From NCBI RefSeq assembly GCF_006345805.1, contig NW_021829832.1, positions 744,001 through 808,000 on the forward strand: a stretch of DNA of 64,000 nucleotides, in the 5' to 3' direction. Below the pieces are notes generated by a model. That model worked only from the letters and a program-made list of their open reading frames with translations. It ran no database searches and was not told the DNA's origin. Position 1 is the first letter of the stretch; each line of letters begins with the position of its first letter. Source of the DNA: Octopus sinensis. Lineage: Eukaryota. Positions 35,613 to 48,489 of the stretch are shown piece after piece. Both the position numbers and the translations under genes were made by a program.

Positions 35613-38600
35613 ATGGGACGTGGAAAGGACGACATGCGAGGACTCACCATGTTCATAGCAGAAATCCGCAACTGTAACTCAACCGACTTACATTGCCAGG
35701 CCGCAGTAAAGAAGATGAAATAAAACGTGTTTCCAAAGAGTTTTCCAACATTCGAGACAAATTCAGCAGTACCGGTGATTGATACTATTTTTAGATTCCC
35801 GTTCTCTGAATACGTACAACAAGAGGAAGTATCTCAGCAAACTGCTCTTTTGCTTCCTTCTTGGTTATGACGTGGACTTTGGATACATGGAGGCGGTCTC
35901 CCTCATTCTCTCCAACAAATTCATCGACAAGAAAATAGTTTATTTATCCAATTATTTCTGGCCTTTTTATTTCTGTCGATTATGATAAGCCCGGACCATT
36001 CCGCTCAAAAAGTAATCAGAAAATCAATCCGGACAGAACTGGATTCCTCAGACCCTGTCTTTCGCTCTGTCGCGTTGGAGGCAATCACAAACATGGCAAG
36101 CAATGAAATGGCCAAAGAATTTGCCTACAGTGTCCTACAAGTCCTCATTTCTCCGTTTTTTTTTTATGTCTACTGTCGTAGGAACAGTGCTGATTCCAAC
36201 AAGCAGTGTTCTGCCATTTGTCTTCTCGCTCTCTTCCGCTGTAATACTGCTGAAATGGACCACCTCTCCTCTAATAGTGAATGGAGGGATCAGCTTATTC
36301 AACTCCTCCAACATTCCAATCTTGTGATTCTGTTTTATTTTATTTATTAGAGTCTGGTGTCCTCTGCTATTCATTTGCTTACTTTTTTGTGCAATGCCTA
36401 CCCTGCCGACTACCAGAAAGTTGTGCCACTGGCTGTTAATAGACTCGGCAGTGTTGGGAGTGTGTTTGTAGTGCTAGATTGTCAGTACAGCCTCCACCAA
36501 CCAACTGCCCGACCTTCGATACCACCAAGTGGCAGCCCCCTTCATTACTGTCAATCTCCTAAAACTGCTCCAAACCCAAAATGGTGCTCAATTTGTGATT
36601 AAAACAGATTTCCGAGCCATTGAGTCAACTCTGACTGAAATCCTTCGAAATATCCACGAATTGACGATCGCCCAAAGATCGAAGCAATCGCAGCACATCA
36701 ACGCCAAACATGCAATTTTTTTCGAGGCGGCGAACCTGGCAGTGAACGCAGGAATGGTTGAGATTTGCCAACTTTATCAATCCTACTTAATGGAATTACT
36801 GACCTGGGAATTGGCCAACTACCGACATTGCTCGTTGGTGGTCCTCACTTCGATGAGTTCGATTCCCAGTGTGTTTGGAGAGATCAAACGTTCTAGAAAA
36901 GTCTTCATCAATTTGTTGAAGGTTCGGAATGTCGGGAAACTGTAGAATGAGCCGGATAATAGTGTCAAGAGGTCAGCAATTTCCCTTCTTTGTGCAATGT
37001 GCACCAAGTCAGACGTGGAGTCCATTGTGGGGGAGTTATTGGAGTATTTGAGTACGGCAACCTTCGAACTGAGGGAAGGACTGGTCCTCAAAATAGCAGT
37101 TCTCTGCGAACAGTTTGCTCTCGAGTCCAAGTGGTATGTCGACACGGTCGTTTCTCTGATGATATCCGACGGGGACCTCATCGGACAGGAGGTCAGGCTG
37201 TCCTTCCACTGTAGATTTGCTTCCGTGTTATCAACATTATTATGCAGAAACCCGACTTGCAGAAATACTCCGTGGACGTGCTCTTTAAGGTTGGGTGAGC
37301 GGTGATGACCCAGGCACTCGGGTCTAACTCACTTCACGAGAATTTGGTGGTTTTGATTGCCTATGTCGTCGGGGAGTTCGCCCAGCTTGCTTCTGTCCAG
37401 TTTGGCCACAAAATGAGTTTAGACCACAAAAACTGCTGGCGGCTCTTCATGAAAAGTTCTTCCTTTGCAGTCCGGCCACACAGTATCAGCTCATATCGAC
37501 CTATGCTAAATTGGTCAATGTGTTTCCGGTGCTGGCCGCGGATGTCCTCGGGGTCACTTTACTGGGTGATGGGTAGATTCTGGAGGCCCCGAATATTTGT
37601 TTCTCTCCCGATGTGGAACTGCAAAAACGAGCTGTTGAATATTCTGGAATCATTAAATCGACAAATCAGAATTTATTAGTTTCCCACTATTTCTAATTTA
37701 AGAATCAAGTTTTTGAGGAAATGCCGTTTCTGGTTAAAGTGGAGGACGAAAAGTCTCCGTCCGTCCAATCTCTTTTGGATGAGGTTTGTTTTGGGTAGTC
37801 GACTGTTAGACCGAGGATCCTCCTCCTTTGTTTCTTCAGTTTTCGAATATTTCTGTCAATCAAGGGGTAGCTGCTGACCCCCACCTTCTAATAAGAAAGT
37901 ATTCGAATGTTTGAGTTATGCAGGTTTCTCACGAGTGACTCGGGGTGTTTGTTTGACGGAGAGGACTGTTCTGTCAGTCTTCACCTTCAGCGGAGTTCTA
38001 CGCAGTTTCAAAACGTGGATGTGTCTCTCGTAGTGGCATCGAAGGGGCCTCGTTTAGATGCCGTGCTTCTCCTCCTTCCAGACAGCCTCAAAAATGGTGC
38101 CCTTAGGATAAAGGTGGGCCAGACATCGCAATCTGTCGAGTCCTGTGGTCAGCTTGTCTTCCGTCTCCAAATCACGTGTGTTTGCGTGTTCCGGTCCCCT
38201 CTTCCAAATATAGTCCTGGAATATATGTTTGTGTGTGAGTGATCTTTGTGGCAGGCGTGGGTCTAATAAAGTTAAAGTGCCGATTTGCATTCCGATCACC
38301 GTTGGCAAGTTTTTTGTGTCTCAGAATATTGAGGCGTCTGTGTTCTTCAACAGATGGGGCAAAATCCCTGAGTAATCCCCCCAGTGTTAATGGCAGGTCG
38401 AGTCAGTATCAAAAAGTACTGTCGGTGATGTCGAGTCAGTCGGTGTTGTTCAGCGAGGTGAGTTGGATGGATGGAGAGTTTAGATGGGAAAGTTTGGAAT
38501 TTCACATTTGCCACTGATCGACCCAAACAGCAACAATTTCGTGGGTTCGACGGTGTTTTATTCGGAAAGTCAGTGCATTGGCATTCTCGTTCGAATGGAG

Positions 38601-38728
38601 GCGATTGGGGGAGATAGTTCGGTTGCCGTGGTCTCTCATTGTAGACTGAAATGAGACTGACTGTTAAGTATACTGCCAAGAACCAAGAGTTGTTGGAAGA
38701 GTTGCAGTCCCTCATCCAAACAATATAA
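35613..38728 (+). CDS. AP2A: AP-2 complex subunit alpha
   Basis: MRGLTMFIAEIRNCRSKEDEIKRV..NIRDKF, KRKYLSKLLFCFLLGYDVDFGYMEAV, ELREGLVLKIAVLCEQF, appendage domain; many micro-introns. Confidence 0.93.
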
Positions 38729-39641
38729 AGGATTATTAACTAAGTTTTTTTACTTGAGGACATTATTCTTATAAAATTTTAATAACTATATTTTCTTATC
38801 CAGTCACACTAATTGTTGTTTTGTCTAGACTCAGTCCAACATACTAATGAATAACTCTTCAAAATTAGCCAGATTCGGAAAACAATAACTCTAGCCTGCG
38901 AAAGATCAAATTATCCCGCAATGACAACTTCTTTTATATCACAATATTTATCCTACTAGTTGAGCAGTGGATACAAAATTGTAAAAAATCTAACACAAGA
39001 GAGTGTGTCGATCTATCTATTCATCGATTAAATCATCCCGTGACAATGGAATGAAGGCACTTGTCATCCTAGACAAATTCCTGGACAAATTCCGATGACC
39101 TGGAAAACATCTTGCATTGCTTCCATTCTAAAATCAAACGGAGATTACAAATACTCAGCAACGTATCGACCAATCTCGCTTCTATCACTTATTTCAAAGT
39201 CATTTCAAGAGTTGTATTGAAAATAGTTTATCCTCTTTTACATTTGCAAAATCAAAGCATGGTTTTCGTCCACACTATTCCACAACAACAAATCTAATAA
39301 CCTTAACTCATTTTATGCCAGACGGATTTAATAATTTCAAACCTGCTCAAAGAACTATACTTGTGTCGGTTGATCTTACTAATCTTTTTGATCGCACTTC
39401 GAGAAATGTTCTGACAATAAAATTGCTATGAGTGATATTTCAACAAACTCGGAAACGTTGGCTAACAACCCTTCTATCGGGGCGCTTAGTTCAAACAGAG
39501 GTCAGAGGATACAAATCCCGTTTTCGACACGTACCTAATGGAGTCTCCGCAAGGCTCAGTGCTATCGCCAGCTCTCTTCAACCTTCATTTAAGTGACGCA
39601 TCAGTTACCAAGAATATTTTACATACGCAGACGACATAATC

Positions 39642-41888
39642 TGTGACATGGTTTGCGTGATGCCTATGGGCCGCGTGATACCTGACGTGACCTTGAAGCT
39701 TAACTTAATGTCAATATTGTAATTAATTTTTTTTTTCCTTCAAAGTAATTATTGAAATAAGTTAGTCAATGATTAAAAGGCACTTGCGGTTGCACGCATG
39801 ATGGAGTGTGCATTGCCGCGAACGACAGCTATTCCAATTTGTTGGAATAACCATGACACTTCTCGAGGCTCCCCACGTCGCCTAGCAACTTTTCCTCCGA
39901 CTTCTCTGATGAAAGAAGTCGTAAGAGGGCCGGTTACCCCAGAAGTCTCCACAGCGATAGGTACGAAGCGGTACCGTTGTCCAAGATTTGCGTATTTGGC
40001 AATTAATATTAAACTTCAAAGAATAATAACTTTTTTTTTTGTAATTATATTTAATTAAAATGGGGAATAAGTTATACACGAATTAATAAAGAGCCTGGAG
40101 GTCAGCTCAAAGTCGCCGCACTGCGTATCGAGTGGCAGTTTCCGCGGAGCACTGCGACCGAGATTCGCTGGAAGAGCCAGCTCGTCTCCCTCCGGTCGTT
40201 GGTCTTCTTGGCGATTCTCCTGGCAATGTCGGCAAGAAGGCGAGTCGCAGACCTGCCGACAATTCCAGATGTTTCGAAGGCGAGGGGGACAAACTCGTAA
40301 GAGTCCGAAATATTTCCATACTTCGACCTCTTAGCCTCCTCAGCCTGAGCACTGGCGGAACCCGGGTTAGTGATGGACTTGAGTAACACCGACGCGGAGA
40401 ACGAGTCAACACAAGTTGCGTCCCAAATCAGGGACTTGCCTTCCCTAAAAGGGAAGGTAGTCATCCCGTCAGGACGCTTTCCATCACTCCGGCAGAGACC
40501 GACTGGCTCTAGAGTGGAGGGGAAACCTGCCGACTCTAGAATAATAACTTGTTAATTATTTTTTAAGTCTGGACATTGGCACAATCGAAATTTCGCTCAT
40601 CGAATTTTTTATCTATTAAATTTAAATGTTTAAACTACCTCAACGCGATTGTTTGATAAAGTACTGATAATTTCTGCAGATGGATAATATGGAGATTCAA
40701 ACTTATCCAGTCGCAACGAAGAATTTGTTCCAAAGTTTTTTTTAACTCGAACCTAAACATTAATTTTTAGCATACTTTATCACCAACGCTAAATTCATAC
40801 TTACTATTGTGAACATTCATTTTTCTGTTCATCGCTTTGTAATAATTAGAATTAGGATCAATGGGGTTGATTTCGAACTGAAATCTTTCGGGACTTGTAA
40901 ACGAATAATTACAATCATCTACATATAGAAATTCAAATTACATGAATTTTCAATTGGACTTGGACAATTGTTTGCATCATCGACTTGATCAGGACTCAAC
41001 AAATCATTACTTGAATTATCTAAGAAATAATTTTATAATTACAACCATAAAATATTGTATTTATTCCACTTATTCCCCGGTATCTTTCAAAAGGGCTCTC
41101 ATTAGAAGATGAGTGGACAGAAATTTTCAGATCTATAAGATCTATCTGAAATCTTTCATTTGGGCAAGATGCAAAGACATGGTTATTTATATCTCCAATC
41201 TAGGATTTAAAAAAGTTAAAACTTTTAAGGGTCGTGCAAATTTACAAATTTCACAGTTTCAAATGACTTTTCGAATAATCTCATTTTTAACTGTGAAATA
41301 TCGTTGTCGACATTCATATTCAATTTTGTTAACTCCTCCATGCGAGAAGTCATGCAAACTTTTAGCAACGATCTCCATTTCGGGTTCATTGTCTAGACAA
41401 ATCACTATCTTGTTATCTGAATTCGCACATTTATAATACGATCTATACATTTACAATTTGTATGATACCTTTCATTAATTACAGTAAAATTTTCAATTTT
41501 CTTAACTTGTCTATATTTTTTTTGCTTTGTAAGATTTTCAGGAAATTTATCCTGTAAAGCATCTTTTAAAATTTGATATTCCAAACTATTCTTTACATAA
41601 CCTTTGTACGAGGACATTGCTGCAAAATATACTTGCACGCTAGAAATAACTCAAGAAATTTAGGTTTTCCACCAAAAAAATTAATTTCTGATAATTAAAT
41701 TCCTACAAATATAATTTTTTGTCAAAATGAGAGAGTCTTTAGCTAATTTAGTAAATTATTAAATGATAAGAATGAGTCGCGGTCTAAATAAAAGATTTAT
41801 AATTTAATCCCATCAATGTCATAATTCCACATTTCAAGGTCACGTCAGGTATCACGCGGCCCATAGGTATCGCGCAAACCATGTCACA
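39642..41888 (-). mobile_element. Ginger/TDD-like DNA transposon with retroviral-type integrase relic
   Basis: 56-bp TIRs 39642-39697 and 41833-41888 (2 mismatches), TG..CA ends, 5-bp TSD TAATC at 39637-41 and 41889-93; HDFSHGG..CEIC zinc-binding motif and ERFQIDL core. Confidence 0.85.
40033..40537 (-). mobile_element. CRE 5'-truncated copy with poly(A), nested in the Ginger-like element
   Basis: GLCRSDGKRPDGMTTFPFREGKSLIWDATC..WLFQRISVAVLRGN; 13-bp TSD AGAATAATAACTT at 40020-32 and 40538-50. Confidence 0.92.
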
Positions 41889-42352
41889 TAATCATTGCAT
41901 CAAGAAATAGCAGTCTACCAACCACTTACAATCTCATCTGGATTTCATTGCTGCCTGTTTTACCATCAACAGACTATCCATCTCACCATCTAAATCGACC
42001 GCAACACTCTTCACGATTAACAAACGTGAACTTAATAATGAACCATTACTCTTTGTATTTGTAAATCGTTTACCCATAACAAAAAACCCCAAAATTCTGG
42101 GTGCTACTTATGATTAATCTTCGAGTTTTTATATGAATACAAGATGCACTAAAACCAGGCGAAATGTTAAACGCACTACATGCAGTCTCTGGTTATTCTT
42201 TTGGACAAGCCAAGGAAATTTTAAAACTAATATACAAACAATTGATTTTAACGACAATGAATTATGTCTTTGTGCATCTCGCTCACATTCTTTGAGAACT
42301 TACAACGAGTCCAAAATGGTGGGCTAATAACGATAACCGGGTGTTTAAAATA

Positions 42353-43235
42353 CAGTCAACCCTCGTTAATCCGAACTTCAATAATCAGAAAACTTCAATC
42401 ATCCGAATTTTGTTAATTGAAATTATAAAATTTTCTATCCGAAAATTCTAATTTTTTAATTAATTTTTTTCAAATTTAATTAACAGCACAAAGGAGTCAA
42501 GTCAAACTTCATTTGTAAAATTAAGGATTCGAGGAAAATGTCGCTGAATGAGTTGTCTCAAATTATCAGAAGAGAATTAAACCTGGACCTAGGAAATTCT
42601 ATTTAATCTAAATTTTGAAAAATAAAGAACAATGGAAAAATAGTGAGAGCTCAAACAGTTACTATGGACATGCTTTTAAAAATCATTATCTGCTTGAGAA
42701 TTTATTGATAGAATGGATATCTTGAAGGGATGCTATTAACAGTTACCTGACTAATGAAGTTATTATTACTAAAGCAAAGGAATTTAGACAAAAGCTAAAT
42801 ATTGAAGACCTGCAATTTAGCAAAGGATTGTTATATAGATTCAAAAATCGGTTCAATTTGCAATTGAAAGTTCTTCACGGAGAAGCAAATTCACTGAATG
42901 ATGCTGATGTTTCATAGAAATAGACAAAAATTGGTTGAAAAATTGGCAGGAATTGACTCAGAAGTTATACTAAATATGAATGAAACATGACTTTTCAAGC
43001 ATTTTTTACAAGAACGATTTCATTAAGCCAAAGAAAGGGCGTTAAACAGTCTAAAGTTCGAATAACTGTTGCTTCATGTTCTAATGAAACTGGATCAATT
43101 AAAATGACACCTTTGTTATTCGACACAGTAAGAAACCAAGGTGTTTCAAAGGATTCAATGTTTGAAAATAATGTCATTATTATGAAAATTCTAAAGCTTG
43201 GATGACCAGTTATTTGTTTAATTGCATGATGCACA
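42353..43235 (+). mobile_element. Degenerate pogo/Tigger transposase, 3'-truncated
   Basis: TA+CAGTCAACCCTCG terminus; KAKEF..FSKGLLYRFKNRF..LHGEA, KVRITV..CSNETG, AWMT. Confidence 0.8.
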
Positions 43236-45420
43236 ATAATGAGCTATTAGTACTAATTGCTGGTGACCTTAATTCTAAATGCCTATCTTTTGGCTGTCGA
43301 AAAGAAAACCGAGATGGAAAAATCCTGCGGGCTGTATCCGATCAAGTTGGTTTTGATGTTTGGACATCTAAAGAGCCAAATCATTTTTCATGCCATGGAG
43401 ATGATTTCTTAGGGCTGTTCCTAACTTCACCCTCATTGAAGCTCCTATGTGAACCTCAGAGGAAAATCGAAGACATCGGCAGCGATCATGCCCCCCAGAT
43501 GATGACTATAATGCTGCATACGATATTAATGGAGGATATCTTTTTGCACTATAGAACTTCAAAAACGGACTGGGCCCTTTATAAATTATTCATTTCTTCT
43601 GAACTTGGAAACACCTGTCTGGCAGTCGAGGAGAATGAAGATGCAATAGAAAGGGCAGATGACTACATTAGAAGCCTGCTGAGCAGGTTCATGGAAAAGT
43701 ACTCTGAGAAAATCAACTCAAAACAGAAAATTCCAAATACTTCCGGGACCTATGATAAAGCATTGTCTGAAAAAAATAGACTTTCGTCGAAGCTTAAAAG
43801 ATGCTGGGATTCCCTAGACAGAACTCGGCTGAAAGAAAGAATAAGTGCCATTGAAAAATCACTTTGTCATAGAGCCCAATTTGAAAAAGAACGTGCTTGG
43901 TTACGCCAATCAAAAATGCTCCACCCAAAACATCCCAAATTCTGGACAGCGTACAGTAAAATTACTGGAACCGGAACTAAGGCGGAAGTTATTTGCCTGA
44001 GACTTCCTGGAGGTCGCCTGTCGAGCCAGGAGGAGACTACCGAACTCCTCCGCAATCAGCTCGCAGGTGTTTTGGAAGCAGATCCATCTGCCTCCTTTCC
44101 TAAACCTCCTCCAGCAAATAACTCAGACAGATTGAAACACTTCCACCCGATTACTGAATCCGAGACCTGGGAAGCAATAAGTGCAGCTAGAAATGCGGCT
44201 CCGGGATATGAAAAGATCCCTATGTCCTGCTTCAAGCATGCTCCAAGCTGTTTGGTGTCTCTGCTCACAAACCTCTTCAATTCCAGCCTCCAGAGAGGGT
44301 ACGTCCCAAAATCATGGAAAAAAACTGAAGTTCGAATGGTTCGAAAACCTAAGAAACCTAAAGAGGAAGCCTCGAGCTATATGCCCATAAGCCTAATCTG
44401 CTCTATATCAAAGATAATTGAGAGAATCGTCTACAGAAGGCTAGTACGCCACATAGAAAAAAATCACTGGCTCTCCCACGATCAGTGGGGTTTTCGTCCG
44501 GGCCGGTCCTGTGCTGACTGCATCTATCGACTGAATTCGTAAGTATCTAAAGCACGAGACTCTGGCTTATCGACCAGTATTATCTGCTTAAATGTATCGA
44601 AGGCTTTCGACAGTGTCTGTCACTCAGTTTTGCTGGAAAATCTTGTGAATTGCGACATTGATGCGGAAACCCTTGAATAGCTAGCGAGCTTCTTGAATGG
44701 GAGGATCTCCTTTGTCAACTATCTTGGCCGAGACTCGAAAGCCATTCTCCAAAAAAGGGGAGTACCTCAGGGCTCAGTCCTAACCCCGCTACTATTCAAT
44801 GTATATGGCAGACTTCCCTAAACCTGTGTTCATTTCAATTAATGTGCTCATCTATGCAGATGACGTCATTATCACGGACGAAGCAGCCCTTCCGACGACG
44901 TCGGAAATGAAGCTAAAAATTTACTTAGAACAAATACAACAGTGGATGGCAGTGAAATACTTGACTCTGTCAATCGAGAAATGCACGCTCACTAGAGTGT
45001 CGGCAAAAAGAAATGCGAAAATGTTACCATATACGATCGAATCCATCCGGGAGTCGTTTCTGTACCTGGGAGTCCAATTTTCCGATAACGGAAGGTGTGA
45101 GGAAGATATCATCCTAAGGAAAAAACGGTGCACACAAATGATCAAGTGCCTGATCAAATTCCGCCTACCCCCAGATACTGTGCTATTCATCTTCCGGGCA
45201 GCTATCCTTCCAGTACTGATGTATGGGCTGGAAGGGTGGATTTTGTCCCCCTCCAAGGCAAGAATTATAAAACTGCTGGAGAAAACGAGGAAATTAGCGC
45301 TCAAGGTCTTTCCTATGATTGGCGAGCTTGTTGAAACCCAATTCCAAAAGTTCCTAGAGAAGAGAAGAAAATAGCCCCGGACGACCCTGTGTGTAAGGCC
45401 ACTACTGGCCCTTAATTTCT
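43230..45420 (+). mobile_element. APE-RT LINE (Jockey/I group), 5'-truncated, few lesions
   Basis: IAGDLNSK..GSDHAP endonuclease motifs; PISLICSISKIIE, QWGFRPGRS, KAFDSV, GVPQGSVL, IYADD. Confidence 0.9.
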
Positions 45421-45458
45421 TTGCTAGTATTTAGAGTTTGATCTTAATAAAAGAATAT

Positions 45459-46088
45459 GGATCACATAAAACAAACGCCCCCAGGGGCGTTTGTTTAATA
45501 TGTGTAAAGTTAGGGGCGTTTATTTAATATGTGTGAAGTTAGGGGCGTTTGTTTAATATGTGTTATATTGATGTTATAAAAAATTATACTATAATTTTTC
45601 CCATGTTTATTGTAGGTAGTACATACGAAACAACTTTAAGAGAACTTCTAGGAAGTGATACAATCGGGATAATATCATTTTTTAAGGCAAAAGGACTAAT
45701 GAAATCAAAAATGATGTGTGTTTACTGCAGAAAAAAAATGGTTTGGGTTTTCAAGCGTACCTTATCTGACCAATATACTTGGAAATGTCAGAATCAAAAC
45801 TGTTCAAAATACAAGACCACATTGTCAATACGAAAACCCTAAACCTAACCCTAATTTTGAAAAATTATTATGTTGTTCAATAAACTTGTTTCTAAAGTAT
45901 AGTATTTATTTATAAATTTGATTTTTAGTTTTACATTATTTTAGTGTTTTCGTCGAATGTTTGACATGTATAAATTTAGGGGCGTTTGTTTAATATGTGT
46001 AAATTTAGGGGCGTTTGTTTAACATGTGTAAATTTAGGGGCGTTTGTTTAACATGTGTAAATTTGGGGGCGTTTGTTTAATGTGATCC
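45459..46088 (+). mobile_element. Merlin (IS1016/ISXO2-like) non-autonomous element
   Basis: 24-bp TIRs starting GGATCAC, 8-bp TSD AAGAATAT at 45451-58 and 46089-96, N-terminal CxxC..WKC..C..TTLSIR zinc finger, 29-bp subterminal repeats. Confidence 0.85.
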
Positions 46089-46149
46089 AAGAATATTTTT
46101 AGATATAATACTCTCGATTCGTTTATGAAAGGGAAAATAATTCCACTAT

Positions 46150-46990
46150 ATGACTTAAATATGCCCTATATTAAAATTTCTAAAGAAACCGGTATTCCAT
46201 ATTCAACAGTTGTAAATTTAAAATATAACTGGATCATATGACCGCCAACATGGTTCTGGAAGACCATCAATTTTGAATAATTTGCAAATTAATCATTTGA
46301 TGTTGACATCAGAGGAAAATTAATCTTAAAGTGCTTCTGAACTCTCTAATGAAATAGAAAAGTTTTTTGGTACACGTGTCTCGTCGCGAACCATAATACG
46401 AAATTTAAATAAAAAATGAAATTTTCGGAAGAATTGCAAACACATGGTTTCCAGATTCGAGATGGTCAAAAATTTCTTTAAATTTCAGACCATGATTTTA
46501 GATCAATAATCTTTTCTGATGAATGTATTTTTGAATTATTACCGACCAAAAAAATTGTGTATAAAAAAATTTATCCGAAAAAAATACTTCAACTGTCAAA
46601 TTTGAAAAAAAATTGTGATGTAATAAAAAATTAGGAAAAGTCGTAGTGTGGGGTTGTTTTTCCCATCATGGGGTAGACGATTTGGTATTTAATTTTGCAA
46701 AATGTCAATCTATTTTGACCAATAATTTGCCACATTCTGCTCAAAAAATGAGGATTATTGACTATATTTTTCAACATGACACCGCTCCCAGTCATACATC
46801 AAAATTGATTATTCAATATTTTCGCGAAAAACATGTTAAAAAATTGAATGGCCTTTGCAATCTCATGATTTAAATCCGATAGAGCATTTGTGGGATTATA
46901 TGAAAGTTCATATTAGGCATAGAAAAAATGAGAAAATTCAAGCACTTAATTATTTTCAATTTTATCAGATTTTAAAATATATCGGAAGAA
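46150..46990 (+). mobile_element. Degenerate Tc1-like transposase
   Basis: TGIPYSTV, GSGRP, FSDE, VWGCFS, FQHDTAPSH, SHDLNPIEHLW; termini not found. Confidence 0.75.
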
Positions 46991-47257
46991 AATATTGTAT
47001 AAATTAAGTAAATGGAAGACTCACCAATATCGAGGGGTTTAAGTAGTATAAAAGTCAATTCAACAAGTCGATTCGACTCCATTAACTAAAATGGTTCGTT
47101 GAATATGTACCACGTGCAGTTGATGTTACATTAGTCAGTTTATAAATTAGTTCTTAGCGAATTATTTTATAATAATTAATTATTGATTAAAGATTTTAAT
47201 GTAAAATTTTCAAATAAATAAATCAATTTTACGAAGCAAAAGTAAACTTGTTGTACC

Positions 47258-47740
47258 ATGTTTTTCTCAATCGAAAAGGAAGTTGAATCAACAGTTTTAT
47301 TTATCCAAAGTCTAATCAAAAACCAACTCGACTCCAATGTTCTAAGTGACTTCACATCCAACCTACGAGTCATCCTTCACGAAAAGTTCTCTCAAATGTG
47401 GGACCCCACCAACCCATCCCTGGGCAGTGGATATCGCTGTATTCGCAACACAGCAATTAAACAAGATGAGGCAATATCTCGGGCTTGTCAGAAGTCCAGG
47501 ATGAACAGGAAGGACCAGAAAACCTTAGCAGAATCACTGGGAGACATCTCCATCTGGACTGACCCAAACTCAGTAATCTACAAGAAGGACAATGGACCGC
47601 AAATGGAGATCTACAGTCCCTCTCTCTGTCATAACATGCCCTACTACACGTCCTACGGCATTTACTCTCACGACGCCTACCCCTACAACACATACGACGA
47701 GTATCTCTATAGCAATTGGTGTCCCTCAGACTTTGTTTAA
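47258..47740 (+). CDS. BTG: BTG/Tob family antiproliferative protein (intronless)
   Basis: EKEVESTVLFI..WDPTNPSLGSGYRCIR (box A)..ISIWTDPNSV (box B). Confidence 0.85.
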   Translation: MFFSIEKEVESTVLFIQSLIKNQLDSNVLSDFTSNLRVILHEKFSQMWDPTNPSLGSGYRCIRNTAIKQDEAISRACQKSRMNRKDQKTLAESLGDISIWTDPNSVIYKKDNGPQMEIYSPSLCHNMPYYTSYGIYSHDAYPYNTYDEYLYSNWCPSDFV

Positions 47741-48376
47741 TTTTTATTTTTAATTTGAATTATTCTAATTTTTATTGATTTACTAATTAATTAATTTATG
47801 TCCTGCTTCCTAGTATAATTATCTAAATAAGGTTTATTTTTTTCATTTTGATTAAGGTTTAATCACCTCTTCATTGTCGGCCGCAGAAATTACAGCTTTC
47901 CTCTTCTTACAAGATCTCCCACAGTAGTTCTCGATGTTGGGAAGTTTCATATTTTGGATTGTTGATAAATTTTATTAATTAAATTGGAGATGTCTGAGTT
48001 GTTTTCCCATGGGGTGACTATTTTTGTGAGACAAGCATACTCTGCAAGGTTTTCTTCAGTGGAAATAATTTAATGCATAAGTTATTCCATTTATGTTTAA
48101 TAACTTGACATAGTTTCCGAAGTGAGATGTACAAGACCACAAAATTTACACTCGCATGGAGTATCATCTCTAACTCTCTCCAAAAGAGATCATATTTTCT
48201 TGGTTTTTCTAGCAATAATTGTTGTAAGTTTTATGTTGACGTTATTCCCACTTTGCAAAGAACGGCCGTGCTTCTTACCTTACACAAATATATCATCCTT
48301 GTTATGTTCAATTCAAAAGATTCGTTTATTACCCTCGTTTCTGTACTTTTAGTTAATAGCGGATTTCCAAGAAAAC

Positions 48377-48449
48377 GGCCCTGTGGCCTAGTGGATAAGG
48401 CGACTGGCTTCTATCCAGTCGATCGTCGGTTCGAATCCGACCAGGGTCG
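48377..48449 (+). tRNA. trnR(UCU): tRNA-Arg (anticodon UCU), no intron
   Basis: GGCCCTG/CAGGGTC acceptor stem, GCCT/AGGC D stem, ACTGG-CTTCTAT-CCAGT anticodon arm, GGTTCGAATCC; T6 terminator immediately 3'. Confidence 0.95.
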
Positions 48450-48489
48450 TATTTTTTAATTACTAGTGTAAAAAAAATTTTATTGATAA

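Larger units (their letters stand above)
38860..42350 (+). mobile_element. Degenerate APE-type LINE split by a DNA transposon
   Basis: YRPISL, HGFRP..ST, QGSVLSP, YADD|IIIAS restored across 39642-41893, NPKILG; cut at 42351 by a pogo insertion. Confidence 0.8.

Noticed and set aside
45483-46088. CRISPR-like array or telomeric TTAGG repeats
   Set aside because: Repeats are contiguous without unique spacers and lie inside a TIR/TSD-bounded Merlin element
47900-48350. INTS13/asunder-like fragment (KYDLFWRELEMILHA)
   Set aside because: One short motif only, with too little room for the gene; cannot be supported
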